DNA of 64,000 nt from Pseudomonadota bacterium (GCA_051746345.1 JBNJEZ010000009.1:4451-68450); one strand, 5' to 3'. Counted from the first letter of the stretch, positions 19,154 to 34,407 are shown. The notes: generated by a model not told the origin, from the letters alone. A program made the numbers and translations.

Positions 19154-20066
19154 TACTTTTCGATGCCCAGTCCTGCGGAATTAAAAAGTATTCTGTTAAC
19201 TGTGCCTCAGCAGAATCCGGAGTCGGTTGCCAGTCATATTCCCACCGCACTAGCGGTGGCATAGACATTAGAATGGATTCTGTTCTGCCACCCGTTTGTA
19301 ATCCAAATAACGTGCCCCGGTCCCAAACCAGGTTAAATTCCACGTAACGTCCGCGGCGATAAAGCTGAAAATCACGCTGTTGCTGAGTATATGGCTCGCT
19401 TTTACGTTTTTCGACAATCGGACAGTAGGCATCGCAAAATGCATCGCCGACAGCTTGAATCACCGCAAAGGCATCTTCAAACGGGCGGTCGTTGAGGTCA
19501 TCAAAAAATATGCCTCCTACCCCCCTAGCCTCATTCCTGTGTTTCAAGTAAAAGTAATCATCACACCAGGTTTTATACTTGGGGTATAAAGATTCATCTA
19601 ACTGATCCAGTGTTTGTTTTGCCTTTTTATGCCAGTCAATGACGTCCTCTTCAACGGCATAAAATGGCGTTAAATCAAACCCTCCGCCAAACCACCAGAC
19701 CGGCTCTTCGCCTTCCTTTTCCGCAATAAAAAAGCGAACATTCATATGTACTGTCGGCACATGCGGGTTGTTAGGATGAAACACCAGCGATACGCCACAA
19801 GCATTAAAGTCGCGTCCCTCGAGCTCCGGCCGGTGAGCCGTAGCGCTTTTTGGCAGCTGCTCACCGTGCACGTGTGAAAAACCAACACCCGCCTGCTCGA
19901 ATATATTACCCTGCTTTAAAACACGAGAACGGCCTCCACCGCCCTGCTCTCGTTGCCATTCGTCCTGCTTAAAACGGTTCCCGTCGACTGCTTCGATGCG
20001 GCTGCAAATGCTGTCCTGTAAGCCTGTTAAATAGGCTATAACGGGTTTCAGGTACTGTTCATTCAT
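19146..20066 (-). CDS. hemF: Oxygen-dependent coproporphyrinogen III oxidase
   Basis: [34 protein letters not shown]. Confidence 0.97.
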   Translation of the reverse strand: MNEQYLKPVIAYLTGLQDSICSRIEAVDGNRFKQDEWQREQGGGGRSRVLKQGNIFEQAGVGFSHVHGEQLPKSATAHRPELEGRDFNACGVSLVFHPNNPHVPTVHMNVRFFIAEKEGEEPVWWFGGGFDLTPFYAVEEDVIDWHKKAKQTLDQLDESLYPKYKTWCDDYFYLKHRNEARGVGGIFFDDLNDRPFEDAFAVIQAVGDAFCDAYCPIVEKRKSEPYTQQQRDFQLYRRGRYVEFNLVWDRGTLFGLQTGGRTESILMSMPPLVRWEYDWQPTPDSAEAQLTEYFLIPQDWASKSND

Positions 20067-20622
20067 TATCTCTTACTACCTTTTTCGAGAGCGGGTCAAT
20101 GATTCTACTGGGAGAGGTTGCTCCGCCAGTCGGCGCATCAAATATCCAGTTCAATTGGTCTGCAAAATAACTGCGAACTTGTTCCGCAGTGCGGGCGGGC
20201 TCTTCCCCAGCCGGATTAGCACTAGTTGAAACCAAGGCAGTGCCTAATTTGCGGCAAAGCTCACGAGCGGGCTCAAAGTCTGTTACTCGCACTGCAATAG
20301 TATCTCTGCCTCCGGTCAATAACTTTGATACCGAAGGTCTCGCCGGCAATACTAAAGTAATTGGCCCTGGCCAATGAGAGAATACGGTAAACCGTTTATC
20401 CTGACCTATTGCCTGATCGTCAACATAAGGCAGCAACTGACTGTAGTCAGCAGCAATTAAAATTAACCCTTTATCTGCCGGTCGTCCTTTTAACGCTAGA
20501 ATTTTTTCTATTGCCTGCTCGTTCATTGGATCACAGCCAAGCCCAAATACGGCTTCCGTCGGATACGCTATAACCCCTTCTAACAAGGCTTGGCGAGCGG
20601 CAGTTAAATCAAATGTAGTCAC
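20059..20622 (-). CDS. tsaC: Threonylcarbamoyl-AMP synthase
   Basis: [17 protein letters not shown]...KGL, STSAN. Confidence 0.95.
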   Translation of the reverse strand: MTTFDLTAARQALLEGVIAYPTEAVFGLGCDPMNEQAIEKILALKGRPADKGLILIAADYSQLLPYVDDQAIGQDKRFTVFSHWPGPITLVLPARPSVSKLLTGGRDTIAVRVTDFEPARELCRKLGTALVSTSANPAGEEPARTAEQVRSYFADQLNWIFDAPTGGATSPSRIIDPLSKKVVRDNE

Positions 20623-20652
20623 GTTAGGTTACTCCGGTGAATCATATTGCAA

Positions 20653-21171
20653 TTATAGAGGTTCCGATTTGTAGTCACAGCTTTTTTGCGGACAAATATG
20701 ACGCACCAAGCCACTCTGTTTTTTGCGCAACAATAACGGGAACTGGCAAAGTGGACAATTTTTCGAAACTGGCGGTAAATTAACTGAAAAGTCACAGTTT
20801 GGGTATTGGTCACAGGCAAAAAATGAGGAACCTCGGCGGGACGTTTTCTGAATAAGCTGTCCTTTGCGTCCATGTTTTAGACACTCAGGGCAGGCAACCC
20901 CGTGCTCTGCCGTGGTGGTGTCAGGCTCGGTCACAAAGTCACATTCGGGAAAGCCACTACAGCCAACAAACAATCCATAGCGACCACTTTTAAGTTGTAG
21001 TTCCTCGCCGCACTGCGGACAGGGCACATCAAGTCCTTCGGGCTCAATTTCTGATTGCTCCCGCAGGCCGCGGGTAAAATCACATTGAGGAAAGCCCGAA
21101 CATCCTAAAAAGCTGTTTTGACCTTTGTGTTTTACAACAAGGTCTTTGCCACACTGTGGGCACGTTTGCAT
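20653..21171 (-). CDS. yrdD: Topoisomerase C4 zinc-ribbon repeat protein (YrdD-like)
   Basis: Repeated CPxCG...GCSxFPxC zinc ribbons; smg-tsaC context. Confidence 0.85.
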   Translation of the reverse strand: MQTCPQCGKDLVVKHKGQNSFLGCSGFPQCDFTRGLREQSEIEPEGLDVPCPQCGEELQLKSGRYGLFVGCSGFPECDFVTEPDTTTAEHGVACPECLKHGRKGQLIQKTSRRGSSFFACDQYPNCDFSVNLPPVSKNCPLCQFPLLLRKKQSGLVRHICPQKSCDYKSEPL

Positions 21172-21186
21172 GACTCTCCCTTAGAA

Positions 21187-21660
21187 TCAGTGCAATGGAC
21201 CCTCAGGCTCTTCAAACAGTAGCCCTTCCATCTGGTCGTAAGCAGTCTCGTGTCCCGGCAAATTAAACAGCACCATCAACACAACCCACTTTAAATCATC
21301 CAGATTAAAGTTTGTCGCCTCCAGCTCCATCACACGGTCAATGACCATTTCTCGTGTTGCGAAGTCTAACACGCCTAAGTTTTCCAAATAAATTAAAAAG
21401 CCACGACATTGGCTATCTAACCGGACAACTTCTTGCTCTGTAAACACACGCGTAGATTGTGATGGCTGAGAGGACAAGTAAGACTTACCGCCTGAGTCCT
21501 GTAAATCCGCTAAGCGTTCTAGCCAGGCTAGTGCCTTTTGGATCTCCTGACGGTGAAACCCCGCTCGTGCAAGCTCATCCGTTAACTCATCGTGGTCGAC
21601 CACGACTTCCTGCTCGGAATGTATATAGTTTTCGAATAAATACATGAGGATATCAAACAT
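21187..21660 (-). CDS. smg: Smg family protein (DUF494)
   Basis: [32 protein letters not shown]. Confidence 0.95.
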   Translation of the reverse strand: MFDILMYLFENYIHSEQEVVVDHDELTDELARAGFHRQEIQKALAWLERLADLQDSGGKSYLSSQPSQSTRVFTEQEVVRLDSQCRGFLIYLENLGVLDFATREMVIDRVMELEATNFNLDDLKWVVLMVLFNLPGHETAYDQMEGLLFEEPEGPLH

Positions 21661-21663
21661 GAT

Positions 21664-22704
21664 TTAGCGCCTCCCCACTTTTATGTAACCGCCCGGAACA
21701 GCCGCAACAGCCCCTTGTAACTCAAGTAATAATAATTGTTCAGTAACCTCTGCAGCTGAGAGCCCACTTCTACCAACCAGTTGATCAATAGTGGCAGGTT
21801 CTAACCCCACACTAGCGAACAAAGTTGAATTTGCCAAGCTTTCTTGCTCATTCATTTCTCGCTCTATCGGACCCGCGAGCCGTGGGCTCGACAGTTCAAA
21901 CCAAGCTAAGATATCGTCGGGATGAGTCACCACTTCGGCCCCTTGCTTAAGTAACCAGTGACAACCTTCCGACTCTTTTGCAAAAACTGGCCCTGGAACC
22001 GCCCCAACGTTTCTTCCCTCACTAATTGCTGCTATTGCGGTAGAAATAGAGCCGCTGCGTTTTGCCGCCTCGACCACTACCGTTCCTTTACTTATTCCAC
22101 TAATAATACGGTTCCTCCGCGGAAAATGATCCATTCGAGCAGCAACTCCCGGGGGAAATTCGGAAATTAATAATCCTTGGTGAGCAATCAAACGATGCAA
22201 CTGACGGTTGCGCGGAGGGTATATTTTATCGATGCCTGTACCAAGGACAGCGATGGTTAGACCATGTTCAACAGCGGTTTTATGGGCTTGTGCATCGATG
22301 CCCATGGCCAGCCCACTAACCACCGTTACTCCCTGACTGACACTCTGCTGTGCTAGCCAATCAGCCATTTGCAGACCGCTGTGCGACGCTTTACGACTGC
22401 CCACAACAGCCACCATTGCGCCAGTTAACAACTCCTTGCGGCCTTGCCAAAATAAAAGCCATGGTGGATTCGAGATGGTTCTTAATAAGCTTGGGTAGTC
22501 GTCATCAAAATAACTGATAACCCCCTGGTTAGAAAGCTCTTGCCACTTCAACGATGCCGTAATAAGGCTGCTATCGACCGGTTTCAGCGATTGCTGCCAT
22601 CGTTCCAGCACTTCCGCGGAACAGGCCATTTCCTTCGCAGCCTGCTTAACTTCTTGTTTTGCGCGATTTAACCCCAATAAAATGCATAAATCCTGTTGGT
22701 TCAC
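21664..22704 (-). CDS. dprA: DNA-processing protein DprA
   Basis: VAVVGSR, SGLAMGID, FPRRNRIISG, VVEAAKRSGS. Confidence 0.95.
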   Translation of the reverse strand: MNQQDLCILLGLNRAKQEVKQAAKEMACSAEVLERWQQSLKPVDSSLITASLKWQELSNQGVISYFDDDYPSLLRTISNPPWLLFWQGRKELLTGAMVAVVGSRKASHSGLQMADWLAQQSVSQGVTVVSGLAMGIDAQAHKTAVEHGLTIAVLGTGIDKIYPPRNRQLHRLIAHQGLLISEFPPGVAARMDHFPRRNRIISGISKGTVVVEAAKRSGSISTAIAAISEGRNVGAVPGPVFAKESEGCHWLLKQGAEVVTHPDDILAWFELSSPRLAGPIEREMNEQESLANSTLFASVGLEPATIDQLVGRSGLSAAEVTEQLLLLELQGAVAAVPGGYIKVGRR

Positions 22705-22768
22705 AGACTGTCCTTACCCCCCATAAATGCGTTAAACTAAGGGTAGTAAAAGCAAAGGAGCTAAATTT

Positions 22769-23290
22769 ATGTCTAAGTTAACGGTTCTAAAATATCCGGA
22801 TGAGCGGTTACGCAAGGTTGCAGAGCCGATAGCTGGTGTTGATGACGCGCTACGCGGCACCATCGATGACATGTTTGAGACCATGTATGAGTCTCAGGGC
22901 GTCGGTCTGGCCGCCACTCAGGTAGACGTACATCGTCGCTTATTCGTTGCTGACTGTAGTGAAGATCAGAACGAACCCATGGTGTTCATTAACCCCGAGA
23001 TTACAAAAGCAGAGGGTCATTTCACCAATGATGAGGGCTGTCTGTCTTTTCCCAACGTATACGCCAAAGTCGAGCGTGCGGAACACATCACGGTGAAAGC
23101 CATTGACCGCAACGGTGAAGAATTTAGTCTGGACGCAGAAGGTCTATTAGCGATATGCATACAGCACGAAATTGATCACCTTAACGGCAAGCTTTTTGTC
23201 GATTACTTATCTCCATTGAAGCAAAATCGCATTCGCAAAAAATTGGAGAAAGAACAACGTATTCAGGAAAAGTTAGAGGCGGACGCATAA
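22769..23290 (+). CDS. def: Peptide deformylase
   Basis: [20 protein letters not shown]. Confidence 0.98.
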   Translation: MSKLTVLKYPDERLRKVAEPIAGVDDALRGTIDDMFETMYESQGVGLAATQVDVHRRLFVADCSEDQNEPMVFINPEITKAEGHFTNDEGCLSFPNVYAKVERAEHITVKAIDRNGEEFSLDAEGLLAICIQHEIDHLNGKLFVDYLSPLKQNRIRKKLEKEQRIQEKLEADA

Positions 23291-23293
23291 CTG

Positions 23294-24256
23294 ATGAAGC
23301 CAGCTTTGCGAGTAGTTTTTGCCGGGACCCCAGAGTTTGCAGCCAAGCACTTACAAGCGCTGATCGACTCTTCGCATGAGGTTGTTGCTGTTTATACACA
23401 ACCCGACCGGCCAGCCGGACGAGGGAAAAAATTACAACCTTCGGCAGTTAAGGTTTTAGCACAGCAAAACGATCTTTCGGTTTTTCAACCGCAAAGTCTT
23501 AAGCCGGAAGAGCAACAACAACAGCTCGCAACGCTAAACGCGGATGTCATGGTAGTGGTAGCCTATGGGTTATTATTACCGCAGTCTATTCTTGATACAC
23601 CGGCCCTTGGTTGTATCAACGTGCACGGCTCTTTATTACCGCGCTGGCGTGGAGCTGCACCGATTCAAAGGGCGATTTGGGCTGGCGACAAAGAGTCCGG
23701 AATCGCGATTATGCAAATGGAGGCTGGTCTTGATACAGGACCGGTCCTGCTAGAGCATCGCTGTGCCATAGCAGGCGACGAAACCAGTAGCTCTTTGTAC
23801 CATAAACTGGAGCAGTTGGGCCCCGATACTTTGCTGTCGGTATTAGAAAATTTGCCGGCAATGCAACAAACCGCTGAACCTCAGAATGAGACATTGGCAA
23901 CTTACGCTAAAAAACTCAGTAAAGAAGAAGGGAGAATTGACTGGACGCTTGACGCACAGCAATTAGAACGCAACGTTCGTGCATTTAATCCCTGGCCCAT
24001 AGCGTTTTTCGCTATTGATGGCTTTAAGGGGGATCAGTCAACGGTAAAAGTGTATGCCGCTGAGGTGCTGCCAACACACCCCGATGCAGCCCCGGGCACT
24101 ATTATAGAAGCCTCCGTAACAGGACTTGATATTGCCTGTGGTAGCGGCGTATTGCGCATCCTTGAAGCTCAGGTTCCCGGCAAAAAACCACAGCCTATAG
24201 CAACCATCATCAACGGTTACGGCGCCATATTCAGCGAAGGTAAACAACTCTCTTGA
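23294..24256 (+). CDS. fmt: Methionyl-tRNA formyltransferase
   Basis: FAGTPEFA, QPDRPAGRG, NVHGSLLPRWRGAAP. Confidence 0.98.
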   Translation: MKPALRVVFAGTPEFAAKHLQALIDSSHEVVAVYTQPDRPAGRGKKLQPSAVKVLAQQNDLSVFQPQSLKPEEQQQQLATLNADVMVVVAYGLLLPQSILDTPALGCINVHGSLLPRWRGAAPIQRAIWAGDKESGIAIMQMEAGLDTGPVLLEHRCAIAGDETSSSLYHKLEQLGPDTLLSVLENLPAMQQTAEPQNETLATYAKKLSKEEGRIDWTLDAQQLERNVRAFNPWPIAFFAIDGFKGDQSTVKVYAAEVLPTHPDAAPGTIIEASVTGLDIACGSGVLRILEAQVPGKKPQPIATIINGYGAIFSEGKQLS

Positions 24257-25575
24257 TGACAAATAATAGAAACCAGGCCTCTGGTGCTGAAAGCCGGGCA
24301 GCCGCCGCAAGAATACTCTTTCGCATCCTTGAGCAAGGGGAAAGTTTATCAACAGCTTTTCCTGCGGAAACAAAGACTCTGGATGCCGGTGACAAGCGGC
24401 TAGCTCAAGCTATTAGCTACGGTGTATTAAGGTTCTTGCCGGCGCTCAATAAGCTGGTCGCTGCTAAGCTCGACAAGCCGTTAAAAGGTAAGATTAAAAT
24501 ATTAAACTCTCTTTTGTTAGTGGGCGCTTACCAACTTTATCAGCTACGCACAAAAGACCATGCTGCCGTCAGTGCAACGGTGGAAGCAGCCAAACTGCTT
24601 AAGCGAAAAAATCACACGGGCTTGATCAATGGCGTACTCCGTCAGCTGTTACGCGAAGCACCCGAGCGCGATGAAAATGAGCAACGCCCTCTTCCCGCTG
24701 ATGCATTAGAAAACCATCCCCGCTGGCTTGTCGACATCATAAAATCCGATCACCCGGACCATTGGTTAGAATTATTACAAGCCAATAACCAACATCCGCC
24801 TATGTGGTTACGTGTGAATCTTAACAAAACCTCTCGCTCCGACTACCAGACTCAGCTCAGCGATAAAGGCATCAATGCGACCGCTGACGACCTGGTACCC
24901 AGCGCGCTGCGGTTGGATAAAGCCACTAGTGTTGACCAGTTGCCGGGATTTGAGCAAGGGGCTGTATCAGTTCAGGACCGTTCTGCACAAATGGCGGCTT
25001 TTCTGCTTAACGCAGACCCCTCACATAACGTCTTAGACTGCTGTGCCGCTCCTGGAGGAAAAACACAACACCTGCTTGAGCAACACCAATTCGCAACGCC
25101 TTTAACGGCTATCGACATTGATCCTCGCCGGCTAGTGCGTGTCGAGGAAAACCTGGCCCGCCAGGAGCAACCAGCGAAGGTTATTTGCGCCGATGTTATC
25201 GATACTGAAAGTTGGTGGGACGGACAGCTTTTTGACCGCATCCTGTTAGACGCTCCCTGCTCTGCCACCGGGGTTATTAGACGTCACCCTGACATTAAAT
25301 GGCTACGTCGTTCATCAGACATTGATGCGTTGGTGGCACTTCAAGCTAAGATTCTTGACCATATTTGGCCGTTAGTTGCCAACGGTGGTGAACTCCTATA
25401 CGCCACCTGTTCAGTTATTAGCAAAGAAAATCAACAGCAGGTCGATAGCTTCCTAGAACGAACAAGCGATGCTAATCTCATACCTATCAATGAGCAGACA
25501 GACACATTGCAAATTCTTCCCGCAGCAGATGGTGGCGACGGGTTCTTTTACGCAAGGTTTAAAAAGCAACAATGA
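24256..25575 (+). CDS. rsmB: 16S rRNA m5C967 methyltransferase
   Basis: NusB-like N-terminus, [25 protein letters not shown]. Confidence 0.96.
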   Translation: MTNNRNQASGAESRAAAARILFRILEQGESLSTAFPAETKTLDAGDKRLAQAISYGVLRFLPALNKLVAAKLDKPLKGKIKILNSLLLVGAYQLYQLRTKDHAAVSATVEAAKLLKRKNHTGLINGVLRQLLREAPERDENEQRPLPADALENHPRWLVDIIKSDHPDHWLELLQANNQHPPMWLRVNLNKTSRSDYQTQLSDKGINATADDLVPSALRLDKATSVDQLPGFEQGAVSVQDRSAQMAAFLLNADPSHNVLDCCAAPGGKTQHLLEQHQFATPLTAIDIDPRRLVRVEENLARQEQPAKVICADVIDTESWWDGQLFDRILLDAPCSATGVIRRHPDIKWLRRSSDIDALVALQAKILDHIWPLVANGGELLYATCSVISKENQQQVDSFLERTSDANLIPINEQTDTLQILPAADGGDGFFYARFKKQQ

Positions 25576-26948
25576 AAATTATCATATTAGGTGTTGGCCA
25601 GGTAGGCGGTACGCTGGCAGAAAATTTAGTTGGTGAGCGCAACGACATTACTGTTGTCGATACGGATACCGAGTTACTGGAAGAACTGCAGGATAAACAT
25701 GACCTACAAATCATTGTGGGTCACGGCGCACACCCCGATACTTTGCGCCGCGCCGGAGCAGATGACGCCGATCTACTCATTGCAGTCACTAACAGTGATG
25801 AAACCAATATGATTGCCTGTCAGGTTGCTTATTCAATATTCAACACCCCAACCAAGATTGCCCGTATCCGCTCAGAAGAATACATTCGTTACCGAGACCA
25901 GCTGTTCCATAAAAATGATGCGCCGGTGGACTTTATTATTTCACCAGAGCAGTTAGTCACCAACTACATCAAGAAGCTGATCGATTATCCTGGCGCACTG
26001 CAAGTTATGGAATTTGCCAGTGGCCGCGCCAGTTTAGTAGCAGTTAAAGCCTACTATGGCGGTAAGCTAGTAGGCCACGCAATTTCTAACCTGCGTGAAC
26101 ATATTCCGAATATTGATACCCGCGTGGCAGCAATTTATCGCCAGGGAAAACCCATTCGGCCAACCGGAACCACGGTTATCGAAGCAGACGACGAAGTCTT
26201 TTTTATCGCCGACACGCGTCATATCAGTACGGTCATGGAAGAGCTTCAAAAGCTTGAAACGAAGTACCGCAGAATAATGATTGTCGGCGGCGGAAATATA
26301 GGTGCAGGGCTTGCCAAGCAGCTGGAAAGCGATCACCGCGTTAAGCTGATAGAAAGAGATGAAGCGCGAGCCGAAGAACTGTCTCAACGATTAGAGCATA
26401 CCTTGATTTTTAAGGGCGATGCCTCTGACCAGAAGCTGTTAGAAGAAGAGCACGTCGAAGACATAGATGTCTTTATTGCCGTCACTAACGATGACGAAGC
26501 TAACATTATGTCAGCAATGCTGGCAAAACGTATGGGCGCCCGTAAAACCATGGTCCTTATCCAGCGTAGTGCCTACGTAGACCTAGTTCAGGGCGGCGAA
26601 ATTGATATTGCGATATCACCACAACGAGCGACCATCTCAGCGCTGTTAACGCATGTCCGCCGGGGCGATATAGTTAATGTTTATTCGCTTAGAAAAGGTG
26701 CCGCTGAAGCCATTGAAGCGATAGCTCATGGCGATGAAAAGACGTCTAAAGTCGTGGGCAATGGGATCAAAGATATTAAGTTACCACCCGGCACGACTAT
26801 CGGTTCCGTCGTTCGTGGTAATGAAGTGCTAATGGCACACAGCGAAACAATTATTCAGTCTGACGACCACGTGATCCTGTTTCTGCTGGACAAAAAGTAT
26901 ATCGACGAGGTTGAGCGGTTATTTCAGCCTAGCGCCATGTTCTTCTAG
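25572..26948 (+). CDS. trkA: Trk potassium uptake NAD-binding subunit
   Basis: [12 protein letters not shown], second GGGNIG RCK domain, 458 aa. Confidence 0.97.
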   Translation: MKIIILGVGQVGGTLAENLVGERNDITVVDTDTELLEELQDKHDLQIIVGHGAHPDTLRRAGADDADLLIAVTNSDETNMIACQVAYSIFNTPTKIARIRSEEYIRYRDQLFHKNDAPVDFIISPEQLVTNYIKKLIDYPGALQVMEFASGRASLVAVKAYYGGKLVGHAISNLREHIPNIDTRVAAIYRQGKPIRPTGTTVIEADDEVFFIADTRHISTVMEELQKLETKYRRIMIVGGGNIGAGLAKQLESDHRVKLIERDEARAEELSQRLEHTLIFKGDASDQKLLEEEHVEDIDVFIAVTNDDEANIMSAMLAKRMGARKTMVLIQRSAYVDLVQGGEIDIAISPQRATISALLTHVRRGDIVNVYSLRKGAAEAIEAIAHGDEKTSKVVGNGIKDIKLPPGTTIGSVVRGNEVLMAHSETIIQSDDHVILFLLDKKYIDEVERLFQPSAMFF

Positions 26949-27548
26949 CAGTTTTACACGCCCTTGCGTAGCGGCATCTAATTTGGTTTGTAAATCTAAC
27001 GCCTGTGCAGGAATCAATGCCAGGCGTTGCTCAACCTCAGCGCCAAAGTCACTACTGATAATTTTTACATCACACTTGTTCCAGAGTGTTTCGATAGCAC
27101 CCTGATCCGAATATGGGTAACTGACCCGGAAGGTCTCACGATAAACACGCAGCTCAGTTTGCACATTCGCTAAAGCATCTGATACCGCCTGACTATATGC
27201 GCGCTGCAAGCCCCCAGTACCTAACTTAACCCCGCCAAAATAACGAACAACAACAGCCGCAATCTCGCCTATCGGTCTGTTTTGCAGCACCATTAGCATC
27301 GGCCGCCCGGCCGTTCCTGAGGGCTCACCATCATCGCTACAAGTCAGGACTCTATCATCATACGGAGAGCCAACAATACTTGCTGTACAATAATGGTTTG
27401 CTTTAGGCCAACGGAGTTGTATCGCTTTTAAAAAATCATTAGCTTGCTGGTCGCTACTTGCCGGTGCCAGACACGCGATAAAACGGCTATTTTTTACCTC
27501 GAGCTCAAATTCTAACGGGGTTACGGGGCGGTAATAATCTTTAGTCAT
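26919..27548 (-). CDS. yigZ: IMPACT/YigZ family protein
   Basis: [32 protein letters not shown]. Confidence 0.93.
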   Translation of the reverse strand: MTKDYYRPVTPLEFELEVKNSRFIACLAPASSDQQANDFLKAIQLRWPKANHYCTASIVGSPYDDRVLTCSDDGEPSGTAGRPMLMVLQNRPIGEIAAVVVRYFGGVKLGTGGLQRAYSQAVSDALANVQTELRVYRETFRVSYPYSDQGAIETLWNKCDVKIISSDFGAEVEQRLALIPAQALDLQTKLDAATQGRVKLLEEHGARLK

Positions 27549-29484
27549 AGCTTGGTTGAATCATCATCGACTCAATAGTCTCGAACAGATTGCCTTCGTT
27601 ATTGTGCAACAAATAATAGATTTGCTGGTATGACAACACTGCTTTTAAGTAGTCTCGCGTCTCGTAATAGGGTACCTGCTCTATCCACTCGTCTGCCGGA
27701 ATTGGCTCGTCTGGAAGCCATCCAAGCACTTTGTAATACCCTGCATTATAGGAGGCTGTCGCTAACAGGTGATTATCCGCGAACCGGTCTTTTAATTGGC
27801 TTAAATAATAGGTACCTAATTCAACATTCACTTTTGGCTGGTGCAATTGCTTATAGCTAATATTGTCATTTCGGAGTCGCTTCGCAGTACTAGGAAGTAT
27901 CTGCATTAACCCTCTTGCTCCAGCTCCCGAATAAGCGTCAGCGCGAAAAGCACTCTCCCGGCGGGTAATTGCCATTGCCCACGCGGGTTCAATGCCAACC
28001 TGATTAGCAGCGTTGGTTAAGAGACTTCCATAAGCCATTGGAAAACGGATATTCACGGCATCAAAATGACCAATTTGTGCGAGCGTCCAAATAGCTTGAT
28101 CATGCCACTCCCATTGGCTCGCTAATAAAGCGGCGGCTTTGTGCTGCTGACCATCAAGCTCCGTCAATAAATGATTCCATTCTCGACGCGCATCAACAAA
28201 CCGCTCTAACTGAATAAATTCATAAGCTCGTTCTGCACTGGGGTGACGCCGAACTTCCTCGATTTCCATCAAACTAACACTAATTGGCTGCCGCTCAAGA
28301 TTCACCGGCTGTCCGATGTGAGCAGCCGCCAGAAAACCATAATAATGCCGTTCTTTGGCAAGCTCCTGATAAAGCTGGTTAGCACTAAGCTCATCCCCGG
28401 TTTCTTCGCTCGCGCGGGCTAACCAATAGCGCCATTGCGATCCGGCAGCAATAGCCGGGGGCAGGTTTTCTATTATCTTTTTTAAACCGCTAAAGTCGCG
28501 ATCTCTCAAGTAGGTTGCCAAGCGCCATTGCAACGTTCGTTCATCAAGTGCTGAAGGGGGGACTCGTTGATGCCAAACGCGAGCCTCTGGGTGCCCTTTT
28601 AAACTCAATGCAACCGCGAATTCTTCCGCAATATTTTGTCGTTGCTGAGCGGAGAACGGAAGCCGTACACTTAGTTTTTCATAGGCCTGCAAAGCTATGT
28701 TTTCTTCTCGCCAGATCAACTTTTTTAGCCCATAAGACGCTATTTCTGCTTCTTTTTGTCTATCCACGCCTTGCCAACGTTGATCGGAGTTTATGACTGC
28801 GGGCGAATATCGAACTTTATGATACAACTCACCCAAATATTGAACGGCCGGCGGCAGTAAACCGGTTAAATAAGGAATCAATGTAGGGTTGCCGCCGTCC
28901 GCGGCCAAACCAATTCGCTGCCAAACTTTTTCAACGGTTCGACCACCAAGCTCAGCCCACTCTGCCAAAATTCCGTTGCAGGCGGTAGGAACCGAAAACC
29001 CATGGCTCCAAATAGTATCCACTTTCTGGATGAAGGCTTGATCGGCCAGACCCTGATTGCGCTCTGCTTCTATTAATTGGCAACGGTGCGTTAACGTACC
29101 CGGATGTCGGAAGTCACGAATAAACCGCTGTTCCTCGCCCTGCCCGGCAAGATAAGTAAGCCACTTACGTCTAAGCTGCCAGTCGAGCGGCGTGCCCTCA
29201 TAGCGCTCTAAAAAAGATAAAGCTCTGTCTTCATTGGCTAAGTAGCCGATTTGCTGTAATCGCTCAAGTTCTAAATAAGGAGCAAGGGGATACTCTTTAA
29301 GTCGGTTTAATAACAACCGGTATTCACCTAAGCGACCTCGTTTTGCTGCATATTCGGCTTTTAAAAATAACTCGCGTTGATCTGCTCTAGTATCCTCAGA
29401 TGTCTCTGCAGCCTTTAACGGCGTAGCCAAGCACAATGCTGTAGTTAGCACACTGATCACTAAAGACCGACTGTAACGAATCAT
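27541..29484 (-). CDS. slt: Soluble lytic murein transglycosylase (Slt70-like)
   Basis: Signal peptide, YPLAPY, YWLAR, YYGFLAA, RRESAF, GARGLMQ, ASYNAG, PYYETRDY; start uncertain (29484 chosen). Confidence 0.9.
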   Translation of the reverse strand: MIRYSRSLVISVLTTALCLATPLKAAETSEDTRADQRELFLKAEYAAKRGRLGEYRLLLNRLKEYPLAPYLELERLQQIGYLANEDRALSFLERYEGTPLDWQLRRKWLTYLAGQGEEQRFIRDFRHPGTLTHRCQLIEAERNQGLADQAFIQKVDTIWSHGFSVPTACNGILAEWAELGGRTVEKVWQRIGLAADGGNPTLIPYLTGLLPPAVQYLGELYHKVRYSPAVINSDQRWQGVDRQKEAEIASYGLKKLIWREENIALQAYEKLSVRLPFSAQQRQNIAEEFAVALSLKGHPEARVWHQRVPPSALDERTLQWRLATYLRDRDFSGLKKIIENLPPAIAAGSQWRYWLARASEETGDELSANQLYQELAKERHYYGFLAAAHIGQPVNLERQPISVSLMEIEEVRRHPSAERAYEFIQLERFVDARREWNHLLTELDGQQHKAAALLASQWEWHDQAIWTLAQIGHFDAVNIRFPMAYGSLLTNAANQVGIEPAWAMAITRRESAFRADAYSGAGARGLMQILPSTAKRLRNDNISYKQLHQPKVNVELGTYYLSQLKDRFADNHLLATASYNAGYYKVLGWLPDEPIPADEWIEQVPYYETRDYLKAVLSYQQIYYLLHNNEGNLFETIESMMIQPSYD

Positions 29485-29523
29485 AAACGACTGTTTTTTC
29501 ATTAATTCAAACGCATGTTTAAA
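29485..29523. promoter_or_regulatory. Two PsrA-type operator boxes upstream of fadB
   Basis: TTCAAAC-GCAT-GTTTAAA (29506-29523) and AAAC-GACT-GTTT (29485-29496). Confidence 0.65.
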
Positions 29524-29643
29524 TAACCGTTGAAAAATAAGCGCATTCACGCCAAACTCTCTCTACCTTAACCTAAAGCTATCTTAGATTCAGTTTCTTT
29601 ATAGCTATAGCTCTAAATTAATGGATGTCGTGGGAGACCCAAC

Positions 29644-32984
<3,341 letters not shown>

Positions 32985-33015
32985 CTTGCGTGTTTATAGC
33001 TTGTTGAAGCACAAT

Positions 33016-33045
33016 AAGCGGACAGACCCTCTGTCCGCTTTTTTT
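33016..33045 (+). terminator. Terminator after fadA
   Basis: AAGCGGACAGA-CCC-TCTGTCCGCTTTTTTT. Confidence 0.9.
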
Positions 33046-33058
33046 AGGCCTGAATTAA

Positions 33059-33289
33059 ATGAATGAAAATAAAGAACTCGACACGTTAGGGCTTCGCTGC
33101 CCAGAGCCGGTAATGATGTTGCGCGCAGCAGTCCGCAAGATGGAAGTTGGCGAGGTTTTATTAGTAATTGCAGACGACCCTGCCACCACCCGCGATATAC
33201 CGGGTTTTTGCGACTTTATGGACCATGAGCTGGTTGCTAAAGAAGTTAACGAGACTCCTTACCGCTATTGGGTAAAGAAGTCTCACTAA
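33059..33289 (+). CDS. tusA: Sulfur carrier TusA
   Basis: [24 protein letters not shown]. Confidence 0.95.
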   Translation: MNENKELDTLGLRCPEPVMMLRAAVRKMEVGEVLLVIADDPATTRDIPGFCDFMDHELVAKEVNETPYRYWVKKSH

Positions 33290-33313
33290 ATTTAATCACT
33301 AGCAAAGGTGTCG

Positions 33314-33790
33314 TTACAGATACATTTCCCAAAACTCTGCTTGACCAACATCGCCTAACTCGTAAGGTTCAAACCCAAATTTCTTATAGGCATTTTTAGC
33401 CCGTTCGTTTTTATCCAGCACTTCTAATGTGAGTTTTACGCAACCTCGAAATTGTGCCAGGGTCTTAACCTCTTCTAACAGTTTCTGGGCAACCCCTTCA
33501 CCCCGGTATTCCGGAATGACCGCAATATCATGAATGTTCATAAGTGGTTTCGCAGCAAAAGTTGAAAACCCTTCAACACAATTGGCAACACCGACAGGCT
33601 GGTCACCATCAAAGGCTAACAATGAAAAAACGTGGTCCCGTTTATCCATTTCCTTAATCAAGTTTTCTTTCACATCCTCGCTGATCCCCTCGCTGCCACC
33701 CATTGGGTCTTTAGCATAAGCATCAAGCATGGCAATAACCGCCTGTGCATGGGCTGGATTTGAGTAATCTGCTAACGTTATTTCTATCAT
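33314..33790 (-). CDS. GNAT family N-acetyltransferase
   Basis: NIHDIAV..YRGEGVA, TLEV...N..A...YKKFGF. Confidence 0.88.
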   Translation of the reverse strand: MIEITLADYSNPAHAQAVIAMLDAYAKDPMGGSEGISEDVKENLIKEMDKRDHVFSLLAFDGDQPVGVANCVEGFSTFAAKPLMNIHDIAVIPEYRGEGVAQKLLEEVKTLAQFRGCVKLTLEVLDKNERAKNAYKKFGFEPYELGDVGQAEFWEMYL

Positions 33791-33801
33791 TATTATTCCA
33801 A

Positions 33802-34407
33802 CTAACTCGTTATCGAAAAATGCCTCATTTGCTCACTCACAGGGTGATAGCAGTGGCAGTCCACTAAATGGTCATTCATCATACCGACTGCCTGCATAAA
33901 AGCATAACATATCGTTGGTCCGACGAACTTAAATCCCTGTTGTTTTAACGCCTTTGCCATGGCCCTCGACGCATCGCTTTCAGTCGGGACCTCTGCTAAC
34001 GTCTGGTAGTTGTTAATTATCGGGCTGCCGTCAACAAACTGCCAAAGCCATTCTGCAAAGTTTATTCCCTCCTGTTTCATTCTAATATACGCCGCTGCAT
34101 TGGTGAAAATAGCGTCTATCTTCGCCCTGCTGCGGATAATTTCCCGGTTGCCGTAGAGCTTCTCTCGCTCTTCATTGCTCATATCGCAAATTGCTTCAGG
34201 ATCGAAGTTTAAAAACGCACGCTCATAGCCGCGCTGTTTTCTTAGTATTGTTAGCCAACTAAGACCAGCTTGCTGCCCGTCGAGACATAATTTTTCAAAC
34301 AGTTCTATCGGATCAGCGACAGGCCTACCCCACTGCTGGTCATGATAAACTCGATAATCTTCTGCTTGCTCACACCATGGACATCGTTTAAGCCTTGGAT
34401 TTGTCAT
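33802..34407 (-). CDS. tag: DNA-3-methyladenine glycosylase I
   Basis: RCPW, YHDQQWG, QAGLSW, GFKFVGPTICYAFMQA, NDH. Confidence 0.95.
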   Translation of the reverse strand: MTNPRLKRCPWCEQAEDYRVYHDQQWGRPVADPIELFEKLCLDGQQAGLSWLTILRKQRGYERAFLNFDPEAICDMSNEEREKLYGNREIIRSRAKIDAIFTNAAAYIRMKQEGINFAEWLWQFVDGSPIINNYQTLAEVPTESDASRAMAKALKQQGFKFVGPTICYAFMQAVGMMNDHLVDCHCYHPVSEQMRHFSITS

